Shown here: piece after piece, positions 1 to 13,800 of the stretch
How the letters are laid out: each line of letters starts with the position of its first letter
Position numbering within the stretch: position 1 is the stretch's first letter
From: an uncultured Chthonomonadaceae bacterium
GTDB taxonomy: Bacteria; Armatimonadota; Chthonomonadetes; Chthonomonadales; Chthonomonadaceae
NCBI GenBank assembly: GCA_963817895.1
Contig: CAWFQB010000001.1
Location: forward strand, 1,216,001 to 1,280,000
Direction: 5' to 3'
Length of the DNA: 64,000 nt
The notes under the pieces: model-generated
What the model saw: the letters and a program-made list of their open reading frames with translations, nothing else
The model's database searches: none
Told to the model about the DNA's origin: nothing
Program-made: the position numbers and the translations under genes

Positions 1-1
1 A

Positions 2-1381
2 CCTCACTCCGACTGGTACTACCACATTCAGCACCCCCGCGAACAGGAGCGCGGACAGGACTTTCAGGAAGACTTATACACGCCCGGAACCTTGTCGCTA
101 TCTCTTACGCCCGGTCAATCCGTTGTCGTTGTCGCCACGACGAAAACAGAGGAAAAGGAGAAAAGGAGAAAAGGAGAAGAGGAGAGCCAGGGAACAGGAG
201 CGGATTCATCCTTCATCCTTCATCCTTCATCCTTTGCGGGGCATCTTGCCCGTGCCGCCGAGCAATTCATCGTGCAGGTTCCGGGTGGGCGTTCCACAAT
301 CATTGCAGGGTATCCCTGGTTCGGGGATTGGGGGCGGGATACGATGATTTCCCTGCCGGGTTTGTGCCTGACAACGGGAAAAACGGACATTGCCCGCGAT
401 ACTCTGCTGTCGTTCGCGCAGTACGTGGATCAGGGGATGCTGCCCAACCGCTTTCCCGATGTCGGCGAAACGCCCGAATATAATACGGTTGACGCGACCC
501 TCTGGTACTTCGTCGCCATATATCGCTATGTGGAGGCGACGGGGGATAAAACTATCCTGTCCGGCGGCCTGTGGGAAACGCTCAAGGAGATTGTGAACTG
601 GCATCAGCAGGGAACGCGCTACAACATTCATGTAGACCCCCCCGACAACCTGTTATATGCCGGACAGGAGGGCGTTCAACTGACGTGGATGGACGCCAAA
701 TGCGGCGATTGTGTCGTGACGCCCCGTATCGGCAAGCCGGTCGAAATAAACGCGCTGTGGCATAACGCGCTGCAAATCATGGCATATTTCGCCGCTCTGC
801 TGAACGATTCCCTGTCTGGTTCGTACACACAACAGGCGCGACAGACGCAGGATAGTTTCATCTCCCGCTTCGCCCGCGCAGATGGACGCGGCTTATACGA
901 TGTTCTCGATGCGCCGCCATCAGGCCATTCCGACGCGTCCATTCGCCCGAATCAAATTTTCGCTTTGTCGCTGCCATTTCCAACCGTACAACCGGATACG
1001 CCGCTTGCATCGTCTATCATTGCTGTCGCGCGCGAAGAATTGTTGACGCCATGCGGACTGCGCACCTTGTCGCCGCGTGATCCTGACTTTCAGCCGCGCT
1101 ACGAGGGTGACGCGCTGCATCGGGACGGCGCGTACCATCAGGGAACCGTCTGGCCCTGGCTGCTCGGCCCGTTTGCGGAATCGTATTATAAAGTAACAGG
1201 CGACGCAGAAGGCGCAAAGCAGATGTTGAGTGGCTTACAGGCGCAAATGTCCACCTTCGGCATCGGCAGCCTTGCCGAAATTTTCGACGGCATGGAACCG
1301 CAGCGTCCCAACGGCTGTTACGCGCAGGCATGGAGCGTGGCCGAAACTCTGCGCGTGTGGCAACTGCTCACAACGCCGTAG
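2..1381 (+). CDS. Glycogen debranching enzyme (amylo-alpha-1,6-glucosidase family), 5'-truncated by window edge
   Basis: Frame open from nt 2 (PHSDWYYHIQHPREQERGQDFQEDLYTPG). Motifs AGYPWFGDWGRDTMISLPGL, YNTVDATLWY, QLTWMDAK, YHQGTVWPW, QAWSVAE. Confidence 0.92.
   Translation, partial: PHSDWYYHIQHPREQERGQDFQEDLYTPGTLSLSLTPGQSVVVVATTKTEEKEKRRKGEEESQGTGADSSFILHPSSFAGHLARAAEQFIVQVPGGRSTIIAGYPWFGDWGRDTMISLPGLCLTTGKTDIARDTLLSFAQYVDQGMLPNRFPDVGETPEYNTVDATLWYFVAIYRYVEATGDKTILSGGLWETLKEIVNWHQQGTRYNIHVDPPDNLLYAGQEGVQLTWMDAKCGDCVVTPRIGKPVEINALWHNALQIMAYFAALLNDSLSGSYTQQARQTQDSFISRFARADGRGLYDVLDAPPSGHSDASIRPNQIFALSLPFPTVQPDTPLASSIIAVAREELLTPCGLRTLSPRDPDFQPRYEGDALHRDGAYHQGTVWPWLLGPFAESYYKVTGDAEGAKQMLSGLQAQMSTFGIGSLAEIFDGMEPQRPNGCYAQAWSVAETLRVWQLLTTP
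149..235 (+). repeat. In-frame bipartite repeat element, copy 1: (GAAAAGGA)3-GAAGAGGA + spacer + (TTCATCC)4
   Basis: Octamers 152-183, heptamers 205-232; encodes EEKEKRRKGEEE...SSFILHPSSF inside the debranching enzyme. Confidence 0.95.
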
Positions 1382-1403
1382 TATGGAGAAAATACCATGC
1401 AGC
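1302..1403 (+). repeat. 102-bp direct repeat, copy A (3' end of debranching gene + RBS + ATGCAGC)
   Basis: Matches 2253-2354 with about 10 mismatches by manual alignment. Confidence 0.93.
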
Positions 1404-2254
1404 AGCTTCTCGAAGCGGAACAAAATGTTGATGTAAGCGCGGCGCAGGCGCGGGTGACGCCGCAGGAATTGGCGCAGGCGACGGCGGCGATTGAGGCGCG
1501 TCAGAACGCCATTGCGCAGCATGAGGCTGCCACTATTCCCATTGGCGAGGCCGTTCATCAACTGAATCTGGAAGCCACGCCCGAAGAGGTGCTGGCGGAA
1601 GTGCAGGCGCAGCGTAAGGCCAACACACAGATGCAGGCCACCGTAACGACAAATACGCGCTCACAATCCAGCAGAGTTATGCGGGTTGTTATCGCCGCGC
1701 AGACAGCGATTATATTGGGATTGGGCATGCAGATTGTCAGCACGAATAGTCGGCTTACCGAGGCGCAGCAGGTCGCGCAGCGTAACGCGCTGATATACAC
1801 GTTGCCGCTCGCGGTACAGCAGCAGGTTTTTCAGCAGCAGAATGGCGTTGTCAAACCGGCGACTTCCGTCATAGATGCGCAGTTAATAAAATCCGGGCAG
1901 TTTCATTCGCTCGACATTCCCATTGGTCAGACGGCGCAATGTAAATACGAGACTATCGAAAAACTGGCAAACAACGCCGACCCGTCACATACCTATACGG
2001 CGCAGCTATCCACAGGCACGACATGGCAATTGACGCGCAGCGCGGACGGATTTTATGTGAACTGCTGGGCAACCATGAAAGATGCCGAGCATCTTCTCAA
2101 CGGGCAGGAAGCGGTTGTTTACGCCACGAAAGCAGGCGCTTTTGACGAGCGCCCGGACACGCTGGTTAAAATTCCCATCCGCTCGTTTCAGAATCAACAC
2201 ATCTATGCCACTACCGATGCCCCGACTGGCGTTGTAATCAACGGAACGCATTAG
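1397..2254 (+). CDS. Hypothetical single-TM protein, paralog of 3053-3883
   Basis: GGAG RBS. N-terminal ~75 aa nearly identical to the paralog (RVTPQEL..ATAAIEAR..ATIPIGEAVHQLNLEATPEEVLAEVQAQR). Central hydrophobic segment. Confidence 0.8.
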   Translation: MQQLLEAEQNVDVSAAQARVTPQELAQATAAIEARQNAIAQHEAATIPIGEAVHQLNLEATPEEVLAEVQAQRKANTQMQATVTTNTRSQSSRVMRVVIAAQTAIILGLGMQIVSTNSRLTEAQQVAQRNALIYTLPLAVQQQVFQQQNGVVKPATSVIDAQLIKSGQFHSLDIPIGQTAQCKYETIEKLANNADPSHTYTAQLSTGTTWQLTRSADGFYVNCWATMKDAEHLLNGQEAVVYATKAGAFDERPDTLVKIPIRSFQNQHIYATTDAPTGVVINGTH

Positions 2255-2354
2255 CGTCCCAACGGCTGTTACGCGCAGGCATGGAGCGTTGCGGAAATAC
2301 TGCGCGTCTGGCAACTGCTCACAACGTCGTAATGTGGAGGAAACACCATGCAGC
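2253..2354 (+). repeat. 102-bp direct repeat, copy B
   Basis: Copy of 1302-1403; supplies the RBS and start of 2348-2962. Confidence 0.93.
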
Positions 2355-2962
2355 CTCCTATTATTGCGGATAAGGAAGCCCTGAATTTACGATTGCAGCA
2401 ACAATTTGGCAGGGACAAAATGCCGTTTTACATTGAGCAGGCTCAGAAGAAATTTGCGAAACCGAACCCGCCTGATTGGATATTTCTCTACAAATATGTA
2501 GAGCGGTCTGACATTCTTTTTATTCGCTGTTATTTGTGGCAGGCAGGAACATCACGCGGCTTGGGCTACGGCTGCGACAGTTTCGGCAGCGAGTTTGAAA
2601 AAGACTGGGAAACGACCGCCAAAGACACCATTATTGCAGAAACCTTCCACGGTTCCTTGTCCCGAGAAGACAGTGACCTGCTTATTCAAATGGCACAGCA
2701 GCCTTGCAGGGAGAACCTCAAGATATATCTGACCTATCTGAAGAACTCGTTCAAGTTTATGTTGATTGATGGATCCAGTCATTCCAGCGTTCAAGCCGCT
2801 ATCTTACGACGGCAACCACCTCGAACAACTTACAGCGATAATGTCGGGGCTTTTCTCTTTCTGAATCATAAACTCGTGAGCGCAATGCGCGATGCGCTGA
2901 GAAAGATTGTAGATTGTGAAAGGGTGAAAATCACTGTTGCCAATATAATCAAACTTGATTGA
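2348..2962 (+). CDS. Hypothetical protein
   Basis: 204-aa ORF with GGAGG RBS, visibly more AT-rich than neighbours; no family recognised. Confidence 0.65.
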   Translation: MQPPIIADKEALNLRLQQQFGRDKMPFYIEQAQKKFAKPNPPDWIFLYKYVERSDILFIRCYLWQAGTSRGLGYGCDSFGSEFEKDWETTAKDTIIAETFHGSLSREDSDLLIQMAQQPCRENLKIYLTYLKNSFKFMLIDGSSHSSVQAAILRRQPPRTTYSDNVGAFLFLNHKLVSAMRDALRKIVDCERVKITVANIIKLD

Positions 2963-3052
2963 GTATGTCTGATTCTTCATGGTGGCGAAGAAGACACATT
3001 CTCGCCAGTTTTCAACACCCGGAAACCATGTGTTCTGTAGTAGGAGATTTCC

Positions 3053-3883
3053 ATGCAGTTACTTGTCGAGGAAGCGCAAAACGTAGAAAATGAGGCCGCG
3101 CAGGTGCGTGTGACGCCGCAGGAGTTGGTTCAGGCGACGGCGGCGATTGAGGCGCGTCACAGCGCCCGCGCACAGCATGACGCCGCAACCATTCCCATCG
3201 GCGAAGCGGTGCATCAACTCAATCTGGAAGCCACGCCCGAAGAAGTTCTGGCGGAAGTGCAGGCGCAGCGCAGCGCGAAAACGCAAGCGCTGCAATCCGG
3301 CGAAAAGCGGAACACGCGCCCCAAATCCGTGAAAATCATGGCGGCTGTTATTGCGCTTCAGTTTGCCTTCATCGCCTTTATGGGAGCGCGCCTGCTGGCT
3401 GTCAATGATGCGCTAAGAGTCAGAGATAACGCTTATCACCAACTTGCCTTGCATCTGCCCAATCAAGTTACTTATCAACCTGCAATAAAAGCAACGTTGT
3501 CTGCCCTGCATCAGCTAAATCCCGGATTGTCCCACTCGCTGGATATTGCGAACGGGCAAACCGTCGCCTGCAAGTTTGATACGCTGGAAACACTGGCTCT
3601 GGGCGCAAAACCGGCGGACGTTCAGACCGCGCAACATCCCGCAGGCACGACATGGAGCCTGCTGCGCCGGGGTGATAAGTTCTTTGTGCAGGGATGGACA
3701 ACGCCTGAATACGCCGAACTGCTGATGAACGGGCATAGCGGCCTCGTCTTCGCGGCAAAAGACATTGACCGGGAGAAAAATCCCGCCATACCGATTACCC
3801 TGCCCGCTGAAATGTTCGCTAAAACTTCAACCTACTACACAACCGATTCGACCGCAGCCGTGTGGGTGAACACCACGCCCTGA
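3053..3883 (+). CDS. Hypothetical single-TM protein, paralog of 1397-2254
   Basis: AGGAG RBS; shares the N-terminal block and C-terminal motifs (HSLDI..GQT..CK..T.E.LA, GTTW.L.R) with the paralog. Confidence 0.8.
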   Translation: MQLLVEEAQNVENEAAQVRVTPQELVQATAAIEARHSARAQHDAATIPIGEAVHQLNLEATPEEVLAEVQAQRSAKTQALQSGEKRNTRPKSVKIMAAVIALQFAFIAFMGARLLAVNDALRVRDNAYHQLALHLPNQVTYQPAIKATLSALHQLNPGLSHSLDIANGQTVACKFDTLETLALGAKPADVQTAQHPAGTTWSLLRRGDKFFVQGWTTPEYAELLMNGHSGLVFAAKDIDREKNPAIPITLPAEMFAKTSTYYTTDSTAAVWVNTTP

Positions 3884-3935
3884 CACGCCTGACATCAACA
3901 CGACAAACATCAATAGCACAAAGGATTATAGAGAT

Positions 3936-4193
3936 ATGGCTGAACACGAAACAACCCGCGTGAAACTGGATTACCCGCTGGAACGGGTAAAAGAACCGAT
4001 TATCTACCATCTGGTGACGGATTACCGGCTGGTTCCCAATATCCGCCGCGCCAACATCGACCACAACGCGGGCGGCATGATGATTCTGGAAATCGAAGGC
4101 GATCCCGATGATCTGGAAGCGGGCATGGACTTTCTGCGCCGTTTAGGGATTACCGTCACGCCGGTCGGACAGGAACAATCGTGGACCATCTAA
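3936..4193 (+). CDS. NIL-domain protein
   Basis: 85 aa; EPIIYHLV.DY.LVPNIRRANID...G.MILEIEG pattern of stand-alone NIL domains. Confidence 0.8.
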   Translation: MAEHETTRVKLDYPLERVKEPIIYHLVTDYRLVPNIRRANIDHNAGGMMILEIEGDPDDLEAGMDFLRRLGITVTPVGQEQSWTI

Positions 4194-4196
4194 ATC

Positions 4197-4227
4197 CGGT
4201 GTTCCGTGTTCGGTGTTCGGTATTCGG
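4197..4227 (+). repeat. Heptamer array (CGGTGTT)~4 just after the NIL stop
   Basis: cggtgtt ccgtgtt cggtgtt cggtatt cgg. Confidence 0.85.
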
Positions 4228-4271
4228 ATGCAAAGGCTTTTGCAGGCTAACAGCCATTCTACTTGAGGAGG

Positions 4272-4805
4272 ATGGCTGTGAAGGTTAAGAACAAGCCTGT
4301 GGCAAGGCCTTCTGCCTCCACCGCTTCTATTCAGCACTGCGGGATGCCGGAGGCTGATCCGCCCTCATCCGCCATGCGTGATGAGCCGTTGTATCGCGTG
4401 TTCAAGCAGGTCGGGCTGGCGTTTCGGCAGCGGGCGTTGCAGTTGATGCGCGATGAGGGCATTGACGACGTGAACCCCGGCGCGACGCCGCTCCTTCTGC
4501 ATCTGGGCGACGAGGACGGCCTGACGCTGGGCGAACTGGCGCGGCGTTGCGGTCTGGAAAACTCCACGCTGACGCCCCTCGTCACCGATCTGGAAAGCGC
4601 TCAACTGGTGGCCCGCGCCCGCGCCCCCGAAGACCGCCGCGTGTCCCGCCTGTACCTGACCGCCTCGGGACGAACCCGCGAACGGCAGTTACGCGCCCTG
4701 ATGTTTCAGGTGCAGCAGCAGGCGCTTTCCGGCATTTCGGACAACGAACTTGCTATGCTGCATCAAACGCTGGATCAAATCTGTACAAATTTGCAGAGCG
4801 GTTAG
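4272..4805 (+). CDS. MarR-family transcriptional regulator
   Basis: Winged-helix pattern LTLGELARRCGLENSTLTPLV..LE...LV.R...PEDRR..RLYLT.SG; start uncertain. Confidence 0.88.
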   Translation: MAVKVKNKPVARPSASTASIQHCGMPEADPPSSAMRDEPLYRVFKQVGLAFRQRALQLMRDEGIDDVNPGATPLLLHLGDEDGLTLGELARRCGLENSTLTPLVTDLESAQLVARARAPEDRRVSRLYLTASGRTRERQLRALMFQVQQQALSGISDNELAMLHQTLDQICTNLQSG

Positions 4806-4835
4806 CCCGGAAACAGGAATTTACCGGTCTTATGG

Positions 4836-4941
4836 TTCGTATGCGAAAATAGGGCGGCGTTGCGCTTTATTCGTGATTGAACCCCACGAGTTGCGTAGAT
4901 ACTTCGGTTACGAACTAATTTGAAACCGCTTCGTTCTTGAA
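4836..4941. promoter_or_regulatory. Four TTCG-N4-(C/T)GAA boxes upstream of the RND gene, candidate MarR operators
   Basis: ttcgtatgcgaa 4836, ttcgtgattgaa 4870, ttcggttacgaa 4903, ttcgttcttgaa 4930. Confidence 0.55.
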
Positions 4942-5102
4942 TGACAGAGCCTATTTCTTTCACTGCGCTGCCGCCTCCACACTGTTTCTTGCAGCCCTGT
5001 TCGCGTGAAAATTACATCGCCATCCGCGTTTATTCGCGTTCATTCACGGCTATTGTTTGGTCAGGCCGCATAGGAAATCGTTTGCAGTAGGAGAGACATG
5101 TT

Positions 5103-8339
<3,237 letters not shown>

Positions 8340-8368
8340 ACCCTGTATCCACTTGCTACAACGCGCAA

Positions 8369-8398
8369 ACCGCCTCCTGTCACATGACAGGAGGCGGT
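8369..8398. terminator. Hairpin between convergent genes, likely terminator
   Basis: ACCGCCTCCTGTCA-ca-TGACAGGAGGCGGT perfect 14-bp inverted repeat. Confidence 0.75.
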
Positions 8399-8506
8399 AA
8401 ACATAAGTAGGCGCGACTCAGATAAGCTGTTCACATTCAATATCGTGGTGAAAAGTTTGGACACATTGACACTCTTCATGCTGCTGTAATACAATCCACA
8501 TACGCT

Positions 8507-10501
8507 TCAGAGTTCCCTCACATATTCCAGCAGGTCTTTGAGTTGTTCCGGGGTCAGAGTGGCGGCGTTGCCGTGCAGATGTTCGGGGTTGTATCTGGTG
8601 AAAATTTCTTCCAGCGTCTGGGCGCGGCCATCGTGGAGGTAGGGGGCGCTGTCGTAGGCTCCGACAAGATGCGGCACATCTATGGTGACATCTTTCGGGG
8701 TTGTGCCGATGTTTTCGCGCTTTTTCGTGCCGCCGGACATGTTGCCCACATGACAACGCGCGCACCCGCCCTGCCCGGTGAACAGAGTTTTGCCGCGCAG
8801 GGCCGCCGCCGTCATTGCGCCGTTGGCATTGCGGTAAGGGTTTGCCGGCAGGGGCGTTTCGTTGACCAGATCCCATAGCGCGTGAACTTCCGGGTGCTGC
8901 AAATGGCGCGTTTTCAATAATCCGCCCACCTCGTCATGCACGAAAACCTCGAAATCCTCCTCGCGCCCGCCCCATCCATAGGGAGCGGTCAACAGCAATA
9001 AACCGCGCAGGTCTTTGGTGTTGCGGGCGTCCATGCCGTCCTTTACATGCGCGAATTTCCACGAAAGGCCGTCCGTGCCGCCGTTGGGGTGACAGCTTTC
9101 GCAGGAAAAAAACTGACCATGCGAAACGTGCGCGCTGGCAAAAAAGAAGCGGCCTTTCAGTCGGCGGTTGGGATTGGGCGTAGCCGTTCCCAAATCCACC
9201 AATCGCGCGGTTGGCAAATCCGCAGGCGTTTTGTCTCCTGCCGCGCCGAACCAAACCGCAGGCAGAACCGTCAGCGAGTTGCCCAGATGGTTGCCGACCC
9301 AAAATTCGTGACTCTGCGGATTCAACGCGAGAGCGCGGGGATTGCACCCGACCCGAACCCGCCGAATGTCTGCCCCAACATGGAAAACAGGCAAACTTGC
9401 GCTAATCTCCCCGCCATCACTTTTGAAAATAGATTTTGGCGCGTTGGCATTTGCGGTTGAACCGGTTTCCGCTTGTGCCGAACCACTTACCCCTTTTCCC
9501 TTATCACTTATCCCTTGTAGCGGCACTGCCGCCACCTCATGCGTCCCGCTCAACGCGACATAAGCCGTTTCGCCCTTACTGTCCAATGCAATCCCACACG
9601 GATCGGACGCGCCATACTCCGGCAAATCCAAAATCAACATTCGCTCAAGGGTGGTTGGGGGTTGGTGATTGGTGGTTGGTGGTTGAACTGCATCGGTTTT
9701 CTCCTTTTCTCCTTTTCTCCTTTTCTCCTTTTCTTCCCCTAACGCGACTTCGCACAGCACATTCGACCAGAGCGTTTCCGGGCGAACCGTGGACAATTCG
9801 TTGTGGGGTTGCTGGCCGGTTATCCAGAGATGCGAACCGTCGGGAGTGAAGGCCATGCCGCGCAGGTTGATGGCGGGCAGGGGAATACGGCGGCGTTCCG
9901 CGCAGGAAGCGGTATCAATCAGGCTCAGGCTGCCGCCGAGCGAGTTGGCGCAGACAAGCGTTTTGCCGTCCGGCGCAAGGGCAAGGACACGCGGATTATG
10001 CCCGACCGGAATCCGCTGCAAGACTTTGCCCTGCGCGATGTCGAGAACCGCGACCTGATCCAACTGGCTCACGCTGACCCACGCCCGCCCATCGGGAGTG
10101 ACGGCAACACCCGCCGGTTCGCCCAACAAAGGGATTCGGGCGCGAACCGTTCGTTTTTCAATGTCTATGACGCTGATGCTGCCGGAAAACGTGTTGGCGA
10201 CAACCAGCGAATGTCCCTCCGGCGCAAGCGCAAACGCGCAGGGCTGTTCCCCGTCCGTCGGCAGATGCGCGAGAATTTTGCCGTCCGCGCCGTCCAGAAC
10301 GGCGATGTCGTTCTCATCCTGCTCGGCTACGAAAAGCTGTTTGCCGTCCGGGCGAAAGAGCAGGGCGGACGGCCCCCGCGTCCCGCCCTGCGCGGGCAGA
10401 GGCATGACAGTGGGCGCTTGTCCGAAGGTGCTGACCAGCAGCAGCGTCAAGCCGGAAGCAAGCAGGGCGGCACACAGGCTAAAAGGTTTGGTAACCACCA
10501 T
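8507..10501 (-). CDS. Secreted YncE/YVTN-type beta-propeller fused to a di-heme cytochrome c peroxidase-like domain
   Basis: Signal-like N-terminus (start 10501, GGAG RBS). Propeller repeats (P.G.A.TPDG..). CESCH and CARCH heme motifs; SAPYLHDGRA.TLEE. Confidence 0.85.
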   Translation of the reverse strand: MVVTKPFSLCAALLASGLTLLLVSTFGQAPTVMPLPAQGGTRGPSALLFRPDGKQLFVAEQDENDIAVLDGADGKILAHLPTDGEQPCAFALAPEGHSLVVANTFSGSISVIDIEKRTVRARIPLLGEPAGVAVTPDGRAWVSVSQLDQVAVLDIAQGKVLQRIPVGHNPRVLALAPDGKTLVCANSLGGSLSLIDTASCAERRRIPLPAINLRGMAFTPDGSHLWITGQQPHNELSTVRPETLWSNVLCEVALGEEKEKRRKGEKEKTDAVQPPTTNHQPPTTLERMLILDLPEYGASDPCGIALDSKGETAYVALSGTHEVAAVPLQGISDKGKGVSGSAQAETGSTANANAPKSIFKSDGGEISASLPVFHVGADIRRVRVGCNPRALALNPQSHEFWVGNHLGNSLTVLPAVWFGAAGDKTPADLPTARLVDLGTATPNPNRRLKGRFFFASAHVSHGQFFSCESCHPNGGTDGLSWKFAHVKDGMDARNTKDLRGLLLLTAPYGWGGREEDFEVFVHDEVGGLLKTRHLQHPEVHALWDLVNETPLPANPYRNANGAMTAAALRGKTLFTGQGGCARCHVGNMSGGTKKRENIGTTPKDVTIDVPHLVGAYDSAPYLHDGRAQTLEEIFTRYNPEHLHGNAATLTPEQLKDLLEYVREL
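9650..9738 (-). repeat. In-frame bipartite element, copy 3: (GAAAAGGA)4 + (CAACCAC)~5
   Basis: On the coding strand it encodes GEEKEKRRKGEKEKTDAVQPPTTNHQPPTT. Confidence 0.93.
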
Positions 10502-10830
10502 AACGCGTTCATCTCCAACAATTCCAACAGGGGAAGCCCGAAAATAAAATAAAACGAAGGATGCAAGAAAGACGCGAAAACACGTCAATACGTTACGCGA
10601 AGTTTGCAGTCTATCCCTGCAATCGCCTCTCACGGAAATATTAAGTTGCAGGCATGATATTTCCCAAATTAAATCATATAAACAGTGAAACGGGTAGACT
10701 GTTTATCCGTAAGGAGAGGTACTGCTGTTTCAAAGGCGCGTCTGTCGTCTTGCTCACCTGTCTTTTCTCGTGTCCTTTTCTCTCGTCGCTCTTGTTCGTT
10801 CTCGGGGTTGGTTTGGGAGGAGTTGCCGCT

Positions 10831-13800
10831 ATGCGTAAACGCAAATTCACGTCCACCAGGTTCACCATCAAAATAGCTGCCGTCGCGCCGACGCTGCTGC
10901 CGCTCACCCTTCTGGCAAATCCTGCCGTGGGACAAAGCCATGCGCAGGTCAGCGTTCAGCGCGTTGCGCCAACCGGCGCAGCCCCTGCCAGTTCGGCGGT
11001 TTCCGCGCTGATTCCCGTTGTCGGAAAAGTGGCGCTGCCGGACGGCAAACCGGCGGCAAACGCCCAAATTTACGTCACCTGGTCGCAAAATGATGGCAAG
11101 CAGCCGTTTCATAAATGCGTGGCGGACGCGAACGGCAAATTTGAAACCACCATTACCCCGGCCGGCAACGGCAAAACCGTTATTGTTTCGGCAATTCTCG
11201 TGACCGCGCTGCTGCCGGGTAAAGGCATCGCGTGGACGCAGGTTACGATGGGAAATCCCAATCTTTCCAAAGTGCAGTTGAACCTGATGCCGCTTGCCAC
11301 GCTGGAGGGGCGGCTTGTTCATACGGATGGCACTCCTAACGCCAATACGGAAGTGCGCGTTGAATCCCTGTTGCCGCGCGTCATCGTTCGCAACGGCGTC
11401 AATCCTGGCCCGGATACAACGCCGGGAGCAAAGGCGAATATCGTTTCGCGCCAGGCGGGGATGCAGCAGGCCGGCAACTTCTTTATACTGCCGCTTCTGC
11501 CTCCCGACGCGCTTGCCGAGCAGTTTCGCGCCACAACGGACGCGAACGGCAAATTCACGCTGAACGGCATTCCCCGCGATACCGCAGTCGCGCTGAAACC
11601 GGGCGGCAAGCTGGCAATGGCGGCGGGCAGCGCGAATACGTTTGCCATACAGGACCGGGAGCGGCAAAACGCGGGCCTGTTTGTGGCGACGCCTACGGTT
11701 CGCGTCAAAGTGCGCGTGTTTGATTTGCAGACTCATCAACCCGTGCCGCAAACCCATGTGATGGTTGCCGGCGCCAATCCGCTGCAAAATCGGGCAATGA
11801 TGCGCGTGGCGAACAGCATGAACTTCAGCCGCTTCGTAACCAATGCAAGTGGAGAAATGACCGCGTCCGATCTGCTTCCGGGCGAGTATGTAGTCAACGT
11901 GCTGGGCTGCATGAAGACCGTGCATCTGGAAGCGGGGCAGGACGCGCCCACTGTTGACATCGCCGTTCGGCACGGCTTCCTGAAGGGACGCCTGCTCGAC
12001 GCGGACGGCAAACCGGTTGTCAATGCGGACGTGCGGCTTGCCGCAACAGGAAACACCAACGGGCGGGTGTTCGCGTTCAACAACAACGTGCAGTTCTTCA
12101 ACGGTGATTTCGGAAATCCTGAAAGCGGTTTCACCCTGACACCGGATGGGAAAGCCATTCCATCCGGCTTTAACGGAGCCGTGCCTACCATGATGTCGCG
12201 GACGGATGCGGAGGGAAGGTTCACCATTCCCAACATGCCCTGGGGCAGCCCGCAGATTCGTATCTGGGCCACAAAGGGCAACGACCTTGCCGAGTGGAGC
12301 GGGCCGGCAAGCAAAACCGACGCCAACCTGACGCTGCAATTGCGCCGCAATGTTCTGATGACGGTTTCGGGCCGATTGGTAGACCCCCAACGCCGCCCGC
12401 TTTCCAAAGTCACCTGCAAAACGCTGCACTGGCTATCCTCGCCGCGTTCGACCTGGTTTGCTACCGCCCGCGATGTGACAACCGACGCGGACGGCAATTT
12501 CAAAGTGGACGGCATGGAGCGGGGCGAATCGTTTTCGCTGATTACCGTCGGGCAGTCGCAGTTCAGCAACCAGCTATCTTTCACTGGTGACAGCGGCCCG
12601 TCTGAAACTGTTTCGCTTGCGCAGAATGGCGGCGTGGAAAACGCGCTGCAAACCCTGGGCAATTTGCCGATTGTGTCGCGGCATGTGATTCCCATCCGGC
12701 AGGACTTTGAATTGCCCCGGTTCCTGACGTGCGCGACGGGCGACGGGCAGAGCCTGGGCGAAGTGATGGTACACCCGCAGGACACGCCCGACGAGGTGCT
12801 GCAAAGTTACGACGGTTCGCCGGGAGATCAGCCTTCGCTTCCCGGCGTTGTGGCCGCGCCCACGCCTGCTGACGTTCAGGCGGCGCAGTCTGTGCTTGCC
12901 CGCTTCGATACCGCCCTGAAAACGGGCGATGTGGACGCGCTGACCGCGCTCACGTCCCGCGTATCCCCCGGCTGGTCCGGCAATCGGCAGGCATTTTTGC
13001 AGAATGTCAGTTTGTGCGGCAGAGTGAACACGGACGAGGATACACCGACGCGGGCGCTGAACTTCGTGCCGCGCAGTATGGTTGCCGCATTGCTGAAAAT
13101 GGCCCCGAAGGAAGCGGGCGCGGAGCGGGCGGAACGGGTTGGAGAAGCCGTCAATGCCCCCGCCGACTGGGTTTTCCTGAATCGGCAGGTGGGCGACAGC
13201 GTGGTTACGGCGGGTATCTTGCACCGGGAAGCGGGCGAATGGCGCGTGGTCGCCAATCACTCCTTCGCCGCGCCCATAATGGCGAACGAGATGCAAACGC
13301 CGACAGCCGCAAGCAAGTGGGAGCAAACGGCCACCGCGCTGACGCCGGAATTGCAGCAGGAGGCGCGACAGACGGGCGAACTCTATATGCAGGCGTGGAT
13401 GGGCGCGGACCGGGAGCAGATGCGCCGCCTGACCGCCCCGTTTGCCGCCCTGCAGCCCGGCAATATCGAGCGTTTCCGCCACGCGCTGGAACATCGCGCG
13501 GATGATGGGGTATGCCCGCTGGATACGGAAGAGAAAATAGCCCTGCTGCCCGTCACGAACCTGACGCTGTGGGAGCAGGATTGGCTCAAACAGTTGACGA
13601 GCCTCAACGCGCCAATGAACGTGGACGCGCCGGCAAACGTGAGCGTAATCACCATCACGAATAATGGCAGTAGCGAGAACGTCACTCTCGTCCGGCCGGC
13701 AGTGTCTACCACCTCCACTTCTAAACCCGCGCCGGAGAAACTCGCCCCCGGACACGACACGGCGGTATTCCGCTATTCGGCGCAGGGCCGCAACTTCCTG

